From Amphiscolops sp. MND2022 (taxonomy: Eukaryota): a stretch of 64,000 nucleotides of DNA. Both the position numbers and the translations under genes were made by a program. The notes under the pieces were generated by a model that saw only the letters and a list, made by a program, of their open reading frames with translations, did not search any database and had not been told where the DNA came from. The stretch is taken from assembly GCA_964187785.1 (NCBI GenBank), contig OZ076413.1, positions 49,912,001-49,976,000 of the forward strand, given 5' to 3'. The first letter of the stretch is position 1. Each line of letters starts with the position of its first letter. Below, piece after piece: positions 60,971 to 64,000 of the stretch.

Positions 60971-62576
60971 GGGTATATGCCCTTTTTGCCGAATCCTATT
61001 TTGCCGAATCCCACTTTGTTGAAAGCAGGGACATTTTGCCGAATTTTTTTTCGGCAAAATGGGCATCGAAATTCGGCAAAGTGGGCAAGGCAGTTGTCTA
61101 CATCTGCAAAAACAGAAGATATAAAAGTTGGTTAACCTAGGATTGTCGATCCCCGACAACCCTTATTCGAATATGTCTGATAACAATAACTTCTTTCTCA
61201 TCGTGAATCTGTCCGAACGTTTGACGTTTAATCATTTTTAATTTTTCCAAAATTCCTTGTATAGGTTTCCTATATTGCCCGCATAGAAGGCCCGCATATA
61301 TTCGCCGCATAGAAGAAATAAACAAGCAAACATTAAAACACGCAAATCATCAGTCTTTCCTATCGTTTTTAAAACTGAGAAACTCCTCTGCGGCCTCACA
61401 TCTCTCAGCTTCGTATCGGAGTTTTGCCTCGGGGTCAATTAGTATCCGATGTGCCCTCTGAAGCCGAACAAACACGTCGTAGGAGCCTCCGTGATCTGGG
61501 TGACAGAACAGGCTGAGTTTTTTTAATCTTTTTGCAATGGTCTCGACTGAAATGAAACATTGGACGACACCATAAGTTGGTCGTACAGCGTCAGCTTGTC
61601 GCCCATTTTGAAGGTTTCTCTGGTTTCCAGTTCCCTCTTGAGACCACTGATAGCTTAGCCCTGCAACTGCAACTCCTCCACCAAGTTTTGTTCTCGACTG
61701 CGACTCTCCTCTATTGCAGTTATCGCTGCGGCATAGTCAGCTTCAAAGTCAATTTTAGACGTTATTCCCGTTTTTCAGACGTATTTTGATCGTTTTTTGA
61801 CATTTTAAACGTATGTCAGTTTTAGACGTTTCTCCTCTTTTTAGACGTTATTCCGCTTTTTGGACGTTATTCCACTTTTTAGACGTTATTGCCGTTTTTT
61901 TTAGACGTTATTCCCGTTCATTTCAGATTTAGATGTTATTCCTTTAGACGTTATTCTTGGTGGACTTTTAGACGTTATTCCTTAGACGTTATTCCTGTTC
62001 CCCGTCTTTGCGACGGTGAGGGCGAGCGTGCATTTATCGGATATGCCCCACATTATATTTTCGCTCTCAAAAAGTCTGTTTTTGCAGATGTAGACAACTG
62101 CCTTGCCCACTTTGCCGAATTTCGATGCCCACTTTGCCGAAAAAAAATTCGGCAGAATGGGCAAGGTAGAGACACTTTGCCGATTTCGGCAAAATGAGTT
62201 TCGGCAAACGGTTGGCTGTAAATGGGTCGAATTTTTCTGGTCGAATGGACAGAGGTCGAACCTTTTGATCGAATTGCAGGGATCGAATGGAATGCGGTCG
62301 AATTTTATCGTATTTGTTGTATGGCTCGGTCGCTTCGCTCCTTCGCCAAGTAGCAACATTGAGGCATGGCCAGATGGCACGTCGCTCCGCTTCGCTTCGC
62401 TCCTGCATTCAGGGCACTAGGGGTATGTGAACATATCTGACTACGTTATAAAAATTTCGATCCGAGTTGTTTCGATCCCTTTCAAAAATTTGGTATGTCG
62501 ACCTGAGGACTAACTCTTGATTTTCGATCCCGTTCCTTCGACCTACTTCCGCCCACCCTCGGCAAAATGTCCCATT
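60971..62576. mobile_element. Composite foldback/MULE-type insertion
   Basis: ~10-bp TSD TTCCTCATAA at 60961 and 62577; ~85-bp inverted repeat 61033-61115 / 62074-62160; several arm types and two core fragments. Confidence 0.72.
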
Positions 62577-62786
62577 TTCCTCATAAGCACATCCGAATCT
62601 AACCCTCTATACTCCAAAACTAACGTGGCTCTTTCTCTTTTTGCTGTCTTCTCCACGTTATCCGCATCCTGCGTTTTCACCACTTTTCCAGACAAGAACT
62701 TTTCCATAGCAGTGCGAACAATGGGTTTCTAGAAAGAGGGCGGATACGATTTTTCTTCCCATATCTTGACAAAGGGTAACTTGGTA

Positions 62787-64000
62787 TCGACTCAGTATCT
62801 CATGCAACCCTCCTTGACAAACTCTCAAAATTTGGTTTCGATGACAGCCTTCTCCGACTCATTCACTCATATCTGACATGTAGGACACAAAGAGTTAGAA
62901 TTGACGACACGCTATCAACTGCTGGTGAAGTATCAAAAGGAGTTCCTCAGGGCAGTGTTGTGGGTCCTCTCTTCTCTTTACTTTATATTGATGACATGCT
63001 CGCTCTTCCAGACTTCTCCCACTGCTACTGCTTCGCTGATGATACTAAAATCTGCTCAAGTGTTGATCCTGAAAAGCACCAGTCAGATCTGAGCACAATC
63101 ACTCTCTGGGCTTATGACAACCAAATGACATTTCATAAAGACAAATGCTGCTACTTGCATTTTCAGAAAACGAAAGCTTATCATTCAGTTCTTGGACATC
63201 AAATTTTGCAGGAAAAGTCAAGGGCGGTCGATCTAGGTGTCACAATATCGAATGATCTAAACTGGAATGCTCATATTTTGACAAAACCTGTCAATGCGAC
63301 TAAAAGTTCGAATTTTTGCGACACTCTGTGCCCCATCAAGTTCCTTCGAGAGTAAAACTCAACCTCTTCCAATCGTGTGTTGTTTCCAACATTTTATACT
63401 GTTCTTCTTCTTGGTCGGCAAATATTAGTCTTACCCGCAAAATGGAATCTTTGAACCACAAAGGTCTGAAGTGGTGCTTTGGCAATTATTCCTACAGCAG
63501 TCTTCTCCATGCATCAGCAACAATGCCCATCGCTTATCAGAAATTAGAACGAGACTTGCGCTTGTTTGCCGGCATCTCCTCTGGAGCCACATGCATAAAT
63601 TTCCATGACCATTTTACCGTACATTGTGACAACAGAGCCTTGCGAAGTAATGTGAAACCCAAACTCGTCGCGCCGACATTCAAAAGAAAAATAGCTCTTC
63701 AGTCGTTTTTCCCAAGAGTAACTCAACTGGTCAATGATCTTCATGACTCTACTGAAATCGACTTGATCACTCCTTCGCATAACTTCAAAGACCAACTTCG
63801 ACAGTACTTTCTACTTTTAACTCGAACTAAGTATGACTTGAACAGAACCTGTACTTGGCATATAAAATGTAAATGTTCTTTTTGTGTATCCTGAGAGCTT
63901 CTTTGATATCTTTTTACTTATCTCTCCATCTGTAAATCTGTATCTCTCCTTGTGTAAACTCCCCAAGGGGTAAATTGAAGCCTATCACTACTACAACTAC
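62787..64000 (+). mobile_element. 5'-truncated CR1/L2-like LINE
   Basis: GVPQGSVVGPLFSLLYIDD, CFADDTK, C-terminus CTWHIKCKCSFC, hairpin CCCC-aa-GGGG, (TAC)n tail. Confidence 0.88.

Larger units (their letters stand above)
60412..62768 (-). mobile_element. Penelope-like element, 3' fragment (GIY-YIG), interrupted
   Basis: LEYRGLDSDVLMRK joins VRAITSNV...SRVIYKLDCSGC...VGMTSRHLKTRLAEH...ETLFIEKLKPSIN across the insertion. Flanked by an 18-bp direct repeat. Confidence 0.82.

Overview
Repeat-saturated eukaryotic (probably invertebrate) DNA. No recognisable host gene; one 200-N gap at 29008-29207. The main feature is a ~16.2 kb Ty3/Gypsy LTR retrotransposon (519-16739) with an unusual layout. Its LTRs are ~2.4 kb, and gag starts inside the LTR and reads through the LTR end and the tRNA-Leu PBS. 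It has a -1 frameshift signal, a mildly decayed pol, and a ~5.5 kb accessory module between pol and the 3' LTR. That module holds an antisense, multi-intron gene of roughly 1,100 aa that looks derived from a hAT-type transposase (BED-like finger), a divergent promoter with CRE/CCAAT motifs, and a sense acidic ORF that runs into the 3' LTR. A divergent, internally deleted relative on the minus strand (32008-39428) keeps the same module, including one intron position. The first element appears to be the second unit of a tandem pair sharing a chimeric LTR. The rest is nested TE debris: hAT and MULE elements and MITEs with TSDs, CRE-like and CR1/L2-like LINEs, a Copia remnant, a DINE-1/HINE-like element, a Penelope fragment with a hammerhead motif, and a ~1.64 kb tandem amplification. 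All calls are by eye; no searches were run.
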